Source of the DNA: a virus | Length of the DNA stretch: 39,791 nt | Strand: one strand, 5' to 3' | IMG/VR virus record: IMGVR_UViG_3300030049_000004 | Part shown: positions 8,170 through 16,782 of the stretch, one piece after another | Layout of the letters: each line of letters begins with the position of its first letter | How positions within the stretch are numbered: the stretch's first letter is position 1 | The notes under the pieces: model-generated | What the model saw: only the letters and a program-made list of their open reading frames with translations | The model's database searches: none | What the model was told of the DNA's origin: nothing | Translations under genes and position numbers: made by a program

Positions 8170-9813
8170 ATGGCTTTCCCATCCCCAGCCCCAATGTCAT
8201 CTGTAAATCCGCAAGAGATACCATTACCTATGGCTGGAGGAAATACGTTTGGTCGCTATAACAAAATATCTGACTCTCAGACTTGGAATATGATTGTTTC
8301 AGATGGCGCTTTAGTAGATTATGCTGGTTATCAAAACGTATTTCCGTCGCCCTTGGTAGCGAATGGAGTGGGTCGTGGTATATATTCCAGTAATAACGGT
8401 CAGATAATGATTGCGGTGATTGGTTCGGCTGTTTATTCAATTGCTACCGATCTCGTTGCTACACCAGTTCCAAATGGAGTGCTACAAACATCTGTTGGTG
8501 ATGTATTTATATCAGAAAACAATGCATCTGAGATAGCAATCACAGATAGTTCTTTTTTGTATGTATACAATTACGCAAACAATACTTTTGAGCAATCGAT
8601 TTATAGTAATGTATCCCCGTTGCCCACGCCTGCACCAGTTGGATTTTTCTATGTTCCTTTTGTGTCACCAGGATATGTATCATTTCAATTGGGCCGACTA
8701 ATTATTGCCGATACTAGTAGTCAAAATTGGTACTTGTCTGGAATTAATGCAGCAACACAATGGGATATTAAAGATGTAAACAACCAAGCTTATTTTGGTG
8801 CATTAGATCTGAAACCAGATAAAGCGCAGGCTGCCCTACCATTTCCTGGTTCTGGTAATAGTTTGGTATTATTTGGCCGCACAGTTATGGAGTCATGGCA
8901 AAATGTTGGTAATGCTATTTTTCCATATCAAAGAGCTAGCACATTTAACGTAGATTATGGCGTATTGAATGCGTCCAGTATTGCTGCTTTAGATTCATAT
9001 ATCGTTTGGTTGTCAGCAAATGAACAAGGTGGGGCCACTTTGATGATCATAAAAGGCTCCGGTGCACGTGAAGAACCTATTTCTACCGATGGTATTGATT
9101 TTAAGTTGGCAAACATCAGTGATCCTACCAATTGCACGGGATTTCTGATGCGTCAAGACGGACATTTGCTGTATCAGTTCACTTTTCCAACTGATAATCT
9201 AAGTTATGTTTATGATTTTAACACCAAGTTATTTTTCACTGTTAGTGATGAAAATCAGAATTATCACATAGCTCGAAATACTGTATTTTTTAACAATGAC
9301 TATTATTTTGTTTCATTGAACGACGGCAATCTTTATACATTTGGCACGCAGTTTACTAACTTGCAATATTCTGCGACAAATATTCAGCAGATGCCTAGAT
9401 TCAGAATTTGTCCGCCAATACGTTTACCTAGTCAGCGAATGTTTATCTGTAAGAGTGTGGCATTTACTATTGAGAATGGACAACCTAACGTTCAAAAACA
9501 AGCTGAAGCAGATGTATTTCTGGTAACTCAGGACGGTAATTTTTTGATAACACAAAATAATAATTTTCTAGTGGGAGCTGAAACACAAACCGTCTATGGT
9601 GAAGGAACTGAATGTATTGATTTGCGAGTGTCACGTGATGGTGGCGAGACCTTCAGTAGTGCGTTACGATATCAGATGAATCCTACCGGTAAGCGCAAGA
9701 GTCGATTAATATTTCAGCGCCTTGGCCAGCAAAATGATTTAACCATTTTGATTCAGTTTATTGGATATGGACGATTTGTTGCATTCGATGGAATTGTTGA
9801 GGCATATTCATGA
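8170..9813 (+). CDS. Tail hub / packaged-DNA stabilisation protein (P22 gp10-like)
   Basis: 547 aa, AAGGA SD. The N-terminal ..GVGRGIYSSNNGQIMIAVIGSAVY.. and C-terminal ..SRDGGETFS..KRKSRLIFQRLGQ.. patterns recall P22 gp10. Position fits the P22 gene order. Confidence 0.5.
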   Translation: MAFPSPAPMSSVNPQEIPLPMAGGNTFGRYNKISDSQTWNMIVSDGALVDYAGYQNVFPSPLVANGVGRGIYSSNNGQIMIAVIGSAVYSIATDLVATPVPNGVLQTSVGDVFISENNASEIAITDSSFLYVYNYANNTFEQSIYSNVSPLPTPAPVGFFYVPFVSPGYVSFQLGRLIIADTSSQNWYLSGINAATQWDIKDVNNQAYFGALDLKPDKAQAALPFPGSGNSLVLFGRTVMESWQNVGNAIFPYQRASTFNVDYGVLNASSIAALDSYIVWLSANEQGGATLMIIKGSGAREEPISTDGIDFKLANISDPTNCTGFLMRQDGHLLYQFTFPTDNLSYVYDFNTKLFFTVSDENQNYHIARNTVFFNNDYYFVSLNDGNLYTFGTQFTNLQYSATNIQQMPRFRICPPIRLPSQRMFICKSVAFTIENGQPNVQKQAEADVFLVTQDGNFLITQNNNFLVGAETQTVYGEGTECIDLRVSRDGGETFSSALRYQMNPTGKRKSRLIFQRLGQQNDLTILIQFIGYGRFVAFDGIVEAYS

Positions 9814-10166
9814 CAGTACAACAACCCCAGCAGATACGGGTCCCCAACTTGCCACTTGGTCCGATGGTGGATGATAAGGGTAACCCCACGGCATCTGAGA
9901 TCACTTTTCGTCAAACGTTGATTAGTGGTTTACAACAGAATTTTGGCAATGAAGGATTGGTTGCACCTAGCCAACAAAATACCACATCACCAAACAATGC
10001 TGTCTTGACCATTCAGAATAATCAGGTCGTAAATCCTGCAACAGGTGAGCTACAATACACTTGCCAGGGAGGAACCCTTGTTTATGACAGCACAAACAAT
10101 AATCTATTGGTCTGTATATTGGCCTCAGATGGTACTCCAACCTTTCATATCGTGAATGTCACGTAA
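9810..10166 (+). CDS. Virion-associated hypothetical protein, 118 aa
   Basis: ATGA overlap with the hub gene; in the tail/ejection module. Confidence 0.5.
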   Translation: MTVQQPQQIRVPNLPLGPMVDDKGNPTASEITFRQTLISGLQQNFGNEGLVAPSQQNTTSPNNAVLTIQNNQVVNPATGELQYTCQGGTLVYDSTNNNLLVCILASDGTPTFHIVNVT

Positions 10167-10175
10167 GGAATTACT

Positions 10176-10796
10176 ATGTCTTGGTTAAGCAATGCATTTG
10201 GTGGGAACAAGAATCCCAATACGGAGGCCAATAATTATTTAAATCAAATACCGGGTCAGGTTAAACCATATTACGATCCTTACATTAATGCTGGAAAAGA
10301 TAGTCTTGATAAGTTAACAAAGCATTATGGGGATTTGACGGATAATCCAGGCAAAGTATTTAGTGATTTAGGCGCAGGTTATACTCAATCTCCGGGCTAT
10401 GCTGCGACTCTTAGAGAGGCGTTGGCAGGTGCTAATAATGCTGCTGCTTTAGGTGGTGGTGGTGGTTTGGGTACTGCTGGCCATCAGCAATATGCGGCTG
10501 GTGCTGCTGGGGATGTTGCCAACAAAGATTTTGAACAGTATATAAATCACATTTTGGGATTGCATACTGAAGGAGTTCAGGGGGAGCAAGGCATTGAGAA
10601 TCAAGGTTATGGAGCCAGCAAAGATTATGCTTCCATGATTGCTCAGTTGCTTAATGCTCAGGGAACGAATGCTGCTAATACCGCATCGGGGCAGAATCAG
10701 CAGCATGGGCAGAATTGGAGTAATTTGTTTAGCAGTTTGGGATCGCTTGGTTCTTGGGGCGCAAATAAATTTTTTCCTAATAATCCAGCACAATAA
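10176..10796 (+). CDS. Gly/Ala/Gln/Asn-rich internal virion (ejection-type) protein candidate
   Basis: TAAGGA SD; low-complexity GGGGG/AAGAAG tracts; position equivalent to podovirus ejection proteins. Confidence 0.45.
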   Translation: MSWLSNAFGGNKNPNTEANNYLNQIPGQVKPYYDPYINAGKDSLDKLTKHYGDLTDNPGKVFSDLGAGYTQSPGYAATLREALAGANNAAALGGGGGLGTAGHQQYAAGAAGDVANKDFEQYINHILGLHTEGVQGEQGIENQGYGASKDYASMIAQLLNAQGTNAANTASGQNQQHGQNWSNLFSSLGSLGSWGANKFFPNNPAQ

Positions 10797-10807
10797 GGAG
10801 TATAAAA

Positions 10808-11761
10808 ATGCCATTTAACATACAGCCTTTTAACTTCAAGTTGACTGGAAAAGATTTGGGTGCGTTTGATTTGGCTGATGCATTGCATAAGGGTTTCGGA
10901 AACTACAAGGGGTATGTAGAAGCGAAGAATGCTCCCCAGAAAGCCGAGGCTGAAATTCAAGAGCTTCAAGGACGTGCTCAGAAAAATTTAATGATGAGCA
11001 AGCTGCTTGAATCATTGAGTGGTGGTGGTGGAGAAGGCATGAATTTTGGCGGAGAAAATGGCAATTTAAAAGCTGCTGTCATCCAAGGTTTGACTGGTAT
11101 CAATCCTTATTTGCGCTCTCCTGAACAGCAACAAAATCTCAGAATTAAAGGCGCGACTGAGCAAGCTGCTAATAAAGCGAATCTTACAACTGGATTATCA
11201 GATGTTGCTCGTGAAGAATTGCAAAACACTGTATCCATGCCTAAAGAATACACAGGAACGGGCGCGAGCTATAATTTATTAAAAGATAGGTATGCTGCTC
11301 AAAATGGAGATGAATCAGCTAAAGAAAGACTAATTAAAGCTGCTGTAGCTGAGCGTTTAGTCCCTGAATATGCTGGCTTTCAATTGATGTCTCAAGGCCA
11401 GAGAGGTACTGTCCCTGCTCTTAAGCATCAACAAGAAGCTATTCGCCAAGGCTGGGGAAATGCTAGTCATTTAATTACCAATAACTTACCTCCTGAATTA
11501 CAAAAAGAAGTTGAGAGAAGGCATAATGAAGCGGTAAAAAATGTTAATCGGGTTAGAGAGGATTTTTTGAAAAACAATGGTCAGAGATCATCCTCTCCTA
11601 TTAAAAGTGGTCCACCATCAAAAAAATTCAAATGGTCCGATATACAACATACAGCTCAACAACGCGGCATAACTGAAAATGATGTTATTGAAAAGTTAGC
11701 CAAGAAAGCTGGTGTTAATGTTGATGAATTTATGAGTATGGTTGAGCATCAAGGAGAATAG
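10808..11761 (+). CDS. Internal virion (ejection-type) protein candidate, 317 aa
   Basis: TAAGGAG SD; helical, charged; position. Confidence 0.45.
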   Translation: MPFNIQPFNFKLTGKDLGAFDLADALHKGFGNYKGYVEAKNAPQKAEAEIQELQGRAQKNLMMSKLLESLSGGGGEGMNFGGENGNLKAAVIQGLTGINPYLRSPEQQQNLRIKGATEQAANKANLTTGLSDVAREELQNTVSMPKEYTGTGASYNLLKDRYAAQNGDESAKERLIKAAVAERLVPEYAGFQLMSQGQRGTVPALKHQQEAIRQGWGNASHLITNNLPPELQKEVERRHNEAVKNVNRVREDFLKNNGQRSSSPIKSGPPSKKFKWSDIQHTAQQRGITENDVIEKLAKKAGVNVDEFMSMVEHQGE

Positions 11762-11762
11762 T

Positions 11763-12848
11763 ATGGCTATTGATTTATTGGCGGATGAAGATCAACAATC
11801 AGGCCCTATTGATTTGCTTGCTCATGAAGGCCCTATTGCGCCCAAACAACCCGAACAAACCTTTGGTACAAAACTGCCTATTAATGTTAAAGCAGGACTG
11901 GCTAATGCTTTTACAGGATTAGCCAATATACCATATGAATTGGGTAAAGTTGTATCTACAACTAATTTTGGAAGGTTATTGGGTGGTAAGTTCTATCCAA
12001 GTCCAGAAGAAGTTCAACAAAGACAGAAAACTGCTGAAATGATCCCACATTTTGGCGAGCATGATTTTGGTAAAGAATTAGGCTTAACTGGACAGCCGAC
12101 ATTAAGTGACAAAGCCATTCAATTAGGAACTGAATTTGCAGTGCCTTTAGGTTATGGAATAAAAGGCCTAAAAACAGCTATAAAAGCCATTCCTGCTATA
12201 ACTACAAAAGGCATAAGCAAGGAAGTATTAGCAGCAAATGATTTAGCAAAGCAAAAATATGGAAAACTTTATAATAAATTATTTCAAGAAGCAGAAACCA
12301 AAGGCATAAAAAACCTCGAAAAGCCTAAGATTAATTTTTCTTTGATTGAAAAAAATTCTTTACCAAAATATCATACAGCATTAAAAGAATTCAAAATCAA
12401 TCCTACCGTTGAAAATGCTCATAAAGCTCAAAGTGACTTAGGAAAATTACAGCGAGCCATGGAAAAATCAAACACGGTCAATCCTTTAACATCTAGTCAA
12501 CATAAGACTTATCGAGAAATTGTAGATGCTAAAAATAAGATCAAAGAATCCATGTTTAAAGGCCATCCTGAGCTTTCTGAGCGATACAACAAGATAACTC
12601 ATGGATATAAATCTGATGTAATCCCATACTCAACAAATAAAGCGTTGAATTTATATAAAAATGGCGAACTAACTGAAAAGAAATTATTGCAAAGATTAAA
12701 AAATAATGATGCCTTTATGTTATCTGTTGGCAAAGAACATCCTGGAATAAAAATAAATCAAGCATTAAAAAGCAAAATAGCAAAGAAGGCTATAGGGTCG
12801 GTTTTGACTGGCGTTGGGTTTAAAAAAGGATGGGATATCACACACTAA
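11763..12848 (+). CDS. Internal virion (ejection-type) protein candidate, 361 aa
   Basis: ATG 11763 with AAGGAG 6 nt upstream (the ORF-track TTG 11742 start lies inside the previous gene). Lys-rich C-terminal half. Confidence 0.45.
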   Translation: MAIDLLADEDQQSGPIDLLAHEGPIAPKQPEQTFGTKLPINVKAGLANAFTGLANIPYELGKVVSTTNFGRLLGGKFYPSPEEVQQRQKTAEMIPHFGEHDFGKELGLTGQPTLSDKAIQLGTEFAVPLGYGIKGLKTAIKAIPAITTKGISKEVLAANDLAKQKYGKLYNKLFQEAETKGIKNLEKPKINFSLIEKNSLPKYHTALKEFKINPTVENAHKAQSDLGKLQRAMEKSNTVNPLTSSQHKTYREIVDAKNKIKESMFKGHPELSERYNKITHGYKSDVIPYSTNKALNLYKNGELTEKKLLQRLKNNDAFMLSVGKEHPGIKINQALKSKIAKKAIGSVLTGVGFKKGWDITH

Positions 12849-12913
12849 CAATCGCAATTACAATCACACATTAATGACAAACCAAATAAAATTAAAATAA
12901 TACTGCAAATCAT
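12845..12913 (-). CDS. Tiny hydrophobic, Cys-rich peptide, 22 aa (MICSIILILFGLSLMCDCNCDC)
   Basis: Hand translation of the minus strand: GGAG 6 nt upstream of the ATG, one hydrophobic helix, then CDCNCDC. Antisense to the late operon. Confidence 0.3.
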   Translation of the reverse strand: MICSIILILFGLSLMCDCNCDC

Positions 12914-13047
12914 AATAGACTCCAAAAAACAAAACAAAATCTGACAAGGATGTCAAATCACCTACAAATTCTTACCCGTTAAGCAGCCCTTCATGAAAGT
13001 AAATTCTGTATTAATCGCATTGATTCTTTGAATCATCTCGTAAATAA

Positions 13048-13128
13048 TTAACTAGTAGCCCAATGTAAAATAGCTCCGCAAATCAATATAAATGCAATTT
13101 CAAGAATCATAACCATCCCCACATGCAT
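13048..13128 (-). CDS. Tiny hydrophobic peptide, 20-26 aa (..MILEIAFILICGAILHWATS)
   Basis: Minus-strand ORF with three in-frame ATGs (13128, 13116, 13110). The GGGGA SD for ATG 13110 lies in the 3' arm of the 13115-13150 hairpin. Confidence 0.25.
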   Translation of the reverse strand: MHVGMVMILEIAFILICGAILHWATS

Positions 13129-13150
13129 AAAATTAAAACTCAGTGGGGAT
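13115..13150. other. 8-bp GC-rich inverted repeat (ATCCCCAC-20 nt-GTGGGGAT)
   Basis: Perfect arms at 13115-13122 and 13143-13150. Could terminate the plus-strand late transcript and/or occlude the minus-strand peptide start region. Confidence 0.4.
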
Positions 13151-13202
13151 ATTATTGCATATTGTATTACACGGTGTAAAGAGTTAATCAAAATATATCT
13201 AC

Positions 13203-13230
13203 TTGAATAAATCATCAAAAAGCGTATGAT
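13203..13230 (+). promoter_or_regulatory. Candidate sigma70 promoter for the fibre cluster (TTGAAT-16-TATGAT)
   Basis: -35 at 13203-13208 and -10 at 13225-13230, 30 nt upstream of ATG 13260. Confidence 0.4.
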
Positions 13231-13259
13231 TTAATCCATTAGTTCAATGTGGATGAACC

Positions 13260-14981
13260 ATGTCTCTTCCAAGTAATTCTTATTACCCTTTGTTTCCCAT
13301 ACAAGAAACCATATTTGATTCTATAACAGGATTGGCATTGGCAGACGGTTCAGTCTATTTCTACCGACAAAATGCACCATCCGTTATGAAAGATGTGTAT
13401 CAAAGAACATTAAATCCTGACAACACATTTACTTATGCTGTCTTGCCTAATCCATTGGTATTGTCGGCCATTGGTACATTTGTAGATGATAATGGCAATA
13501 ATATTATTCCATTTTTATGGCCCTTTGTTGGTTCTCCATCTGCAACCCCACCGTCTACAGATGTAGATTTGTATTATATAGCGGTAGTCGCATCCGGTGG
13601 CTCAGAAGATTCTCCAGAATTCACGGTAGATGCATGGCCTCCAGAAGTATCAGGTGGTTCATCCACATCTGACAACTTCATTAGTTCAGATAATGTTATA
13701 TCCAATCCGCAATTTGCAGTTATCAACTATCCATCTCCTTACACATTTACTGTGTCTGGAACGGCTACTAATCAGATTGCACCGGATTGGAATATTATTA
13801 CTACAGGAGCTGGAACGGTAACTATTAATCAAGTTGCAGTTACCGATACAGCAGTTCCAGGATTGCCTGCGTTTGCTTTAAATATTACCTCTAGTGGAAT
13901 AACGGCATTATTGCTCAGTCAAACGATTGCAATGAGCCCACGTATTCTTGAAAATGGATATGCATCAGGTACATTCGTTGTCGAATCCCAAACTTCTTTG
14001 TCACCTACTATTACCATGAACTTTGTGCCTTCCAATCCTGCATTAACATCATTGGAAGTTGTATCTGGCAGTGCGGTTGAAGGAGGTTATACCGCATATT
14101 ATGGCAACGTGGATTTATCAAGTTTAACAAAGAATCCTGATTCTGGTTCAGTTGGATATGTAAACATACAGATATCTATTCCTGTCAGTGCAAATATCAA
14201 TATTAGTTGCATTCAATTATTGTCCGTTCCAGATGATGCGACACTTCCAGTTTATATTCAGGAAACTACGCCAAGACAAATTGATCATCTTTATCATGAT
14301 GCTTATCCTATCGTTCCCGTGGGAACTGTGATTGATTTTGGTGGATTTGCAGCCCCTGCGCATTACTTGTTAGGCAATGGAGCTGCTTATAGTCGGGTTA
14401 CATATAATCAATTATATCGAGCTATGACACTGATTCAGTCGATAACTGAATTGTCTACAACAACATTCACAGTTACTAGCGCGGCGCAACTTGGTTTAGG
14501 TATGTTTGTTGAAGGAACTGGAATTCTGGTTGGAACTTATATTACTGACATTTCTGGAACTACAATTACTGTCAATCAAGCCACCACATCGACAGGAACT
14601 TTTTCAGCTACTTTTTATGCTGCTGGACAAGGCGATGGCTCTACGACTTTCAATGTTTATAATCTTGCGGGAATAGTAATTGCCGGAGCTGGTGGAAATC
14701 TGATAGCTTTATCTCCATTGCTTGATACTCTCGGGCAGTCGGGTGGAGCTTCAACAGCAACGTTAGCTATCAACAATATGCCTGCCCATAATCATTCCAC
14801 ACCAACAGCATCTACAGCGCCTATTTCTTCATTAGGGATATCTGGGCCGTCTGCTGGATCTAGCATGTTTATGGTTGCTGGGGGAAGTACAACTGTTTCT
14901 GTTGGATCACAAGGATCAGGAACTCCTTTTGGTATCGTTCAAGCAACAACAATTTTATATAAATATATCCGATACGAATAA
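13260..14981 (+). CDS. Tail fibre protein with C-terminal tail-collar-type domain
   Basis: 573 aa. The C-terminus ..YNLAGIVIAGAGGN..GGASTATLAINNMPAHNHS.. matches the phage tail-collar signature (..G.GG...L....MP.H.H). Confidence 0.7.
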   Translation: MSLPSNSYYPLFPIQETIFDSITGLALADGSVYFYRQNAPSVMKDVYQRTLNPDNTFTYAVLPNPLVLSAIGTFVDDNGNNIIPFLWPFVGSPSATPPSTDVDLYYIAVVASGGSEDSPEFTVDAWPPEVSGGSSTSDNFISSDNVISNPQFAVINYPSPYTFTVSGTATNQIAPDWNIITTGAGTVTINQVAVTDTAVPGLPAFALNITSSGITALLLSQTIAMSPRILENGYASGTFVVESQTSLSPTITMNFVPSNPALTSLEVVSGSAVEGGYTAYYGNVDLSSLTKNPDSGSVGYVNIQISIPVSANINISCIQLLSVPDDATLPVYIQETTPRQIDHLYHDAYPIVPVGTVIDFGGFAAPAHYLLGNGAAYSRVTYNQLYRAMTLIQSITELSTTTFTVTSAAQLGLGMFVEGTGILVGTYITDISGTTITVNQATTSTGTFSATFYAAGQGDGSTTFNVYNLAGIVIAGAGGNLIALSPLLDTLGQSGGASTATLAINNMPAHNHSTPTASTAPISSLGISGPSAGSSMFMVAGGSTTVSVGSQGSGTPFGIVQATTILYKYIRYE

Positions 14982-14997
14982 TAACCAAGGACACAAA

Positions 14998-15729
14998 ATG
15001 CCAATATTAAATATTCAGTCATCATCAGTAGGTTTAACAGGAACATTGCCCAGTGTCGCTTATATCCAGACCTCTGATACAGAGGCTCAAGTATTGGCAA
15101 CTGGTTATCTTAATCAAGCCGTACAAAGTGGTCTAGCAGCATTCTCTTTGCCATGCATGTGTTGTGTAAGCACCCAAACATCATCCAGTGCAAGCGCTGC
15201 TGTTGGCTGGTATGAACTATCCTATGTGGCCAACTCCGGTGTCCCACAACAAGGCAACTGGTCTCTTGTATCAACCGTATCTCCGGGCAACGTTATTCTT
15301 CCCACAATTGTTGGTCAATTATCACAATTTGCAGACGTGGATGGAACGCTCGAAGATTCTGGTATTTTATTTTCCAATGTCGTGGTAAAAAATGCCGTTA
15401 ATACATTGGCTTCTGGTGCATCAATTGTAGCAAATAAAGTTAACGGAACAGAAGCTACCAATGCTGTTACAGCAAGCGGAATGGCTGGTGTTATTACCAC
15501 TTCATCTTTGACTACAGCAGGCGCTTCCAGCTATGCCATTACATGGACCAATACATTTATATCTGCGACATCTGTGGTATTGGTAACAATTGCTGGTGGT
15601 ACAAATACTACAGAAAATATAACCATCAAAGTTGCTCCGGGTGCTGGTTCAGCGACATTAACCATTTATAACAACACAGCAGCCACAGCACTTAATGGCA
15701 CAATCCTGATTAGCTACTTAGTATTTTAA
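14998..15729 (+). CDS. Tail/fibre-associated protein, 243 aa
   Basis: ATG 14998 after AAGGACA (the ORF-track start 14875 overlaps the preceding gene); Ser/Thr/Ala/Val-rich. Confidence 0.5.
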   Translation: MPILNIQSSSVGLTGTLPSVAYIQTSDTEAQVLATGYLNQAVQSGLAAFSLPCMCCVSTQTSSSASAAVGWYELSYVANSGVPQQGNWSLVSTVSPGNVILPTIVGQLSQFADVDGTLEDSGILFSNVVVKNAVNTLASGASIVANKVNGTEATNAVTASGMAGVITTSSLTTAGASSYAITWTNTFISATSVVLVTIAGGTNTTENITIKVAPGAGSATLTIYNNTAATALNGTILISYLVF

Positions 15730-15740
15730 GAAGGTAGATT

Positions 15741-16226
15741 ATGTCTAACGAGAGATTTAATAATTTACCAACTGCTGTACCGCAATTAACAGATATAATC
15801 TGTGCGGTACAAGGCTATGAATCATCATCCGTTCTAGGCACATCTGTTCAAGAGACATTAGCAGATGTTTTGACATTGGTTCCTGCTCTCGGCCTTAATT
15901 TTACAACAGTAACCACAGAAATAACCACGATGATAGTTAATTATATTTATTTTGTTAATTATTCTAGTGGATTAGCAACATTAACATTGCCTGCAACCAG
16001 TTCTGTTGGACAAGTTCTTTATATTATGGGCGGCAGTGTTGATGGATGGATTGTGACTCAGAATGCCGGTCAACAAATCATAATTGGAAGCAGACAAACC
16101 ACTATTGGAGGAAGCGGGGAAATTTCTTCAACAAATCAATTTGATTCGCTTCAATTGATTTGCACTGTTGCAAATACAACGTGGCAGACTCCGTGCGGAC
16201 CACAAGGCGACATAACTATCGTTTAA
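15741..16226 (+). CDS. Tail/fibre-associated protein, 161 aa
   Basis: GAAGGTAG SD. The N-terminus NLPTAVPQLTDIICAVQG resembles fibre N-terminal attachment motifs. Confidence 0.5.
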   Translation: MSNERFNNLPTAVPQLTDIICAVQGYESSSVLGTSVQETLADVLTLVPALGLNFTTVTTEITTMIVNYIYFVNYSSGLATLTLPATSSVGQVLYIMGGSVDGWIVTQNAGQQIIIGSRQTTIGGSGEISSTNQFDSLQLICTVANTTWQTPCGPQGDITIV

Positions 16227-16237
16227 TGAGGAAAAAA

Positions 16238-16594
16238 ATGTCAACTAAATTCAATTTAACAAAAGATATTGCAGGTTACAATGGTTTTGGCATTTCATTC
16301 TCATTGGATGGAGAAGGCACTTCATTGGCTGCAAATGCTGAGCAAAATTTTACTGTTCCGTCTAATTATCGAAACTGGATTGCTATATTTTCTTATACTC
16401 CAGGAGCAAATATTTGGGTTGATGGTATTAATACTGCCGTAGTTCCAGGCACAACATTTTCAGCGACAACGGCCGAATTAAATCCTTCTGCACGTGCTGT
16501 AGTAGCAGGACAAAAATTGAGTTTCATTACTGCCGATACGTCTACTCCATGGGTTAGTGTGAAGCTTTTGATTATTAATCCTTATGTGAATTAA
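16238..16594 (+). CDS. Tail/fibre-associated protein, 118 aa
   Basis: ATG 16238 after GAGGAAAAAA (the ORF-track start 16160 overlaps the previous gene). Confidence 0.5.
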   Translation: MSTKFNLTKDIAGYNGFGISFSLDGEGTSLAANAEQNFTVPSNYRNWIAIFSYTPGANIWVDGINTAVVPGTTFSATTAELNPSARAVVAGQKLSFITADTSTPWVSVKLLIINPYVN

Positions 16595-16596
16595 TT

Positions 16597-16773
16597 ATGA
16601 GCATATACAATGGGGTTCCTAGCTATGGGATAGTTCAAAATCCTTTGACTGACTCGCCTTATGTTCAGGAATTGGATGTTGGCTTTGCAACTCCGCCACA
16701 AGTTAATGTTTTATTGGAAACTAATTTTAGTCCATTGCTTTTGACTACAGGTCAATATTTAGAATTAGCCTAA
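16597..16773 (+). CDS. Hypothetical protein, 58 aa (MSIYNGVPSYGIVQNPLTDSPYVQELDVGF..)
   Basis: Hand-translated, below the ORF-track cutoff; fills the gap between two fibre-cluster genes. Confidence 0.4.
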   Translation: MSIYNGVPSYGIVQNPLTDSPYVQELDVGFATPPQVNVLLETNFSPLLLTTGQYLELA

Positions 16774-16782
16774 GGAATAATT

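Noticed and set aside
14875-14997. Upstream extensions of ORF-track starts (14875, 16160, 11742, 1843, 21941, 29166, 27165)
   Set aside because: Each extension overlaps the preceding gene in another frame. A downstream ATG with a proper SD sits right after the previous stop.
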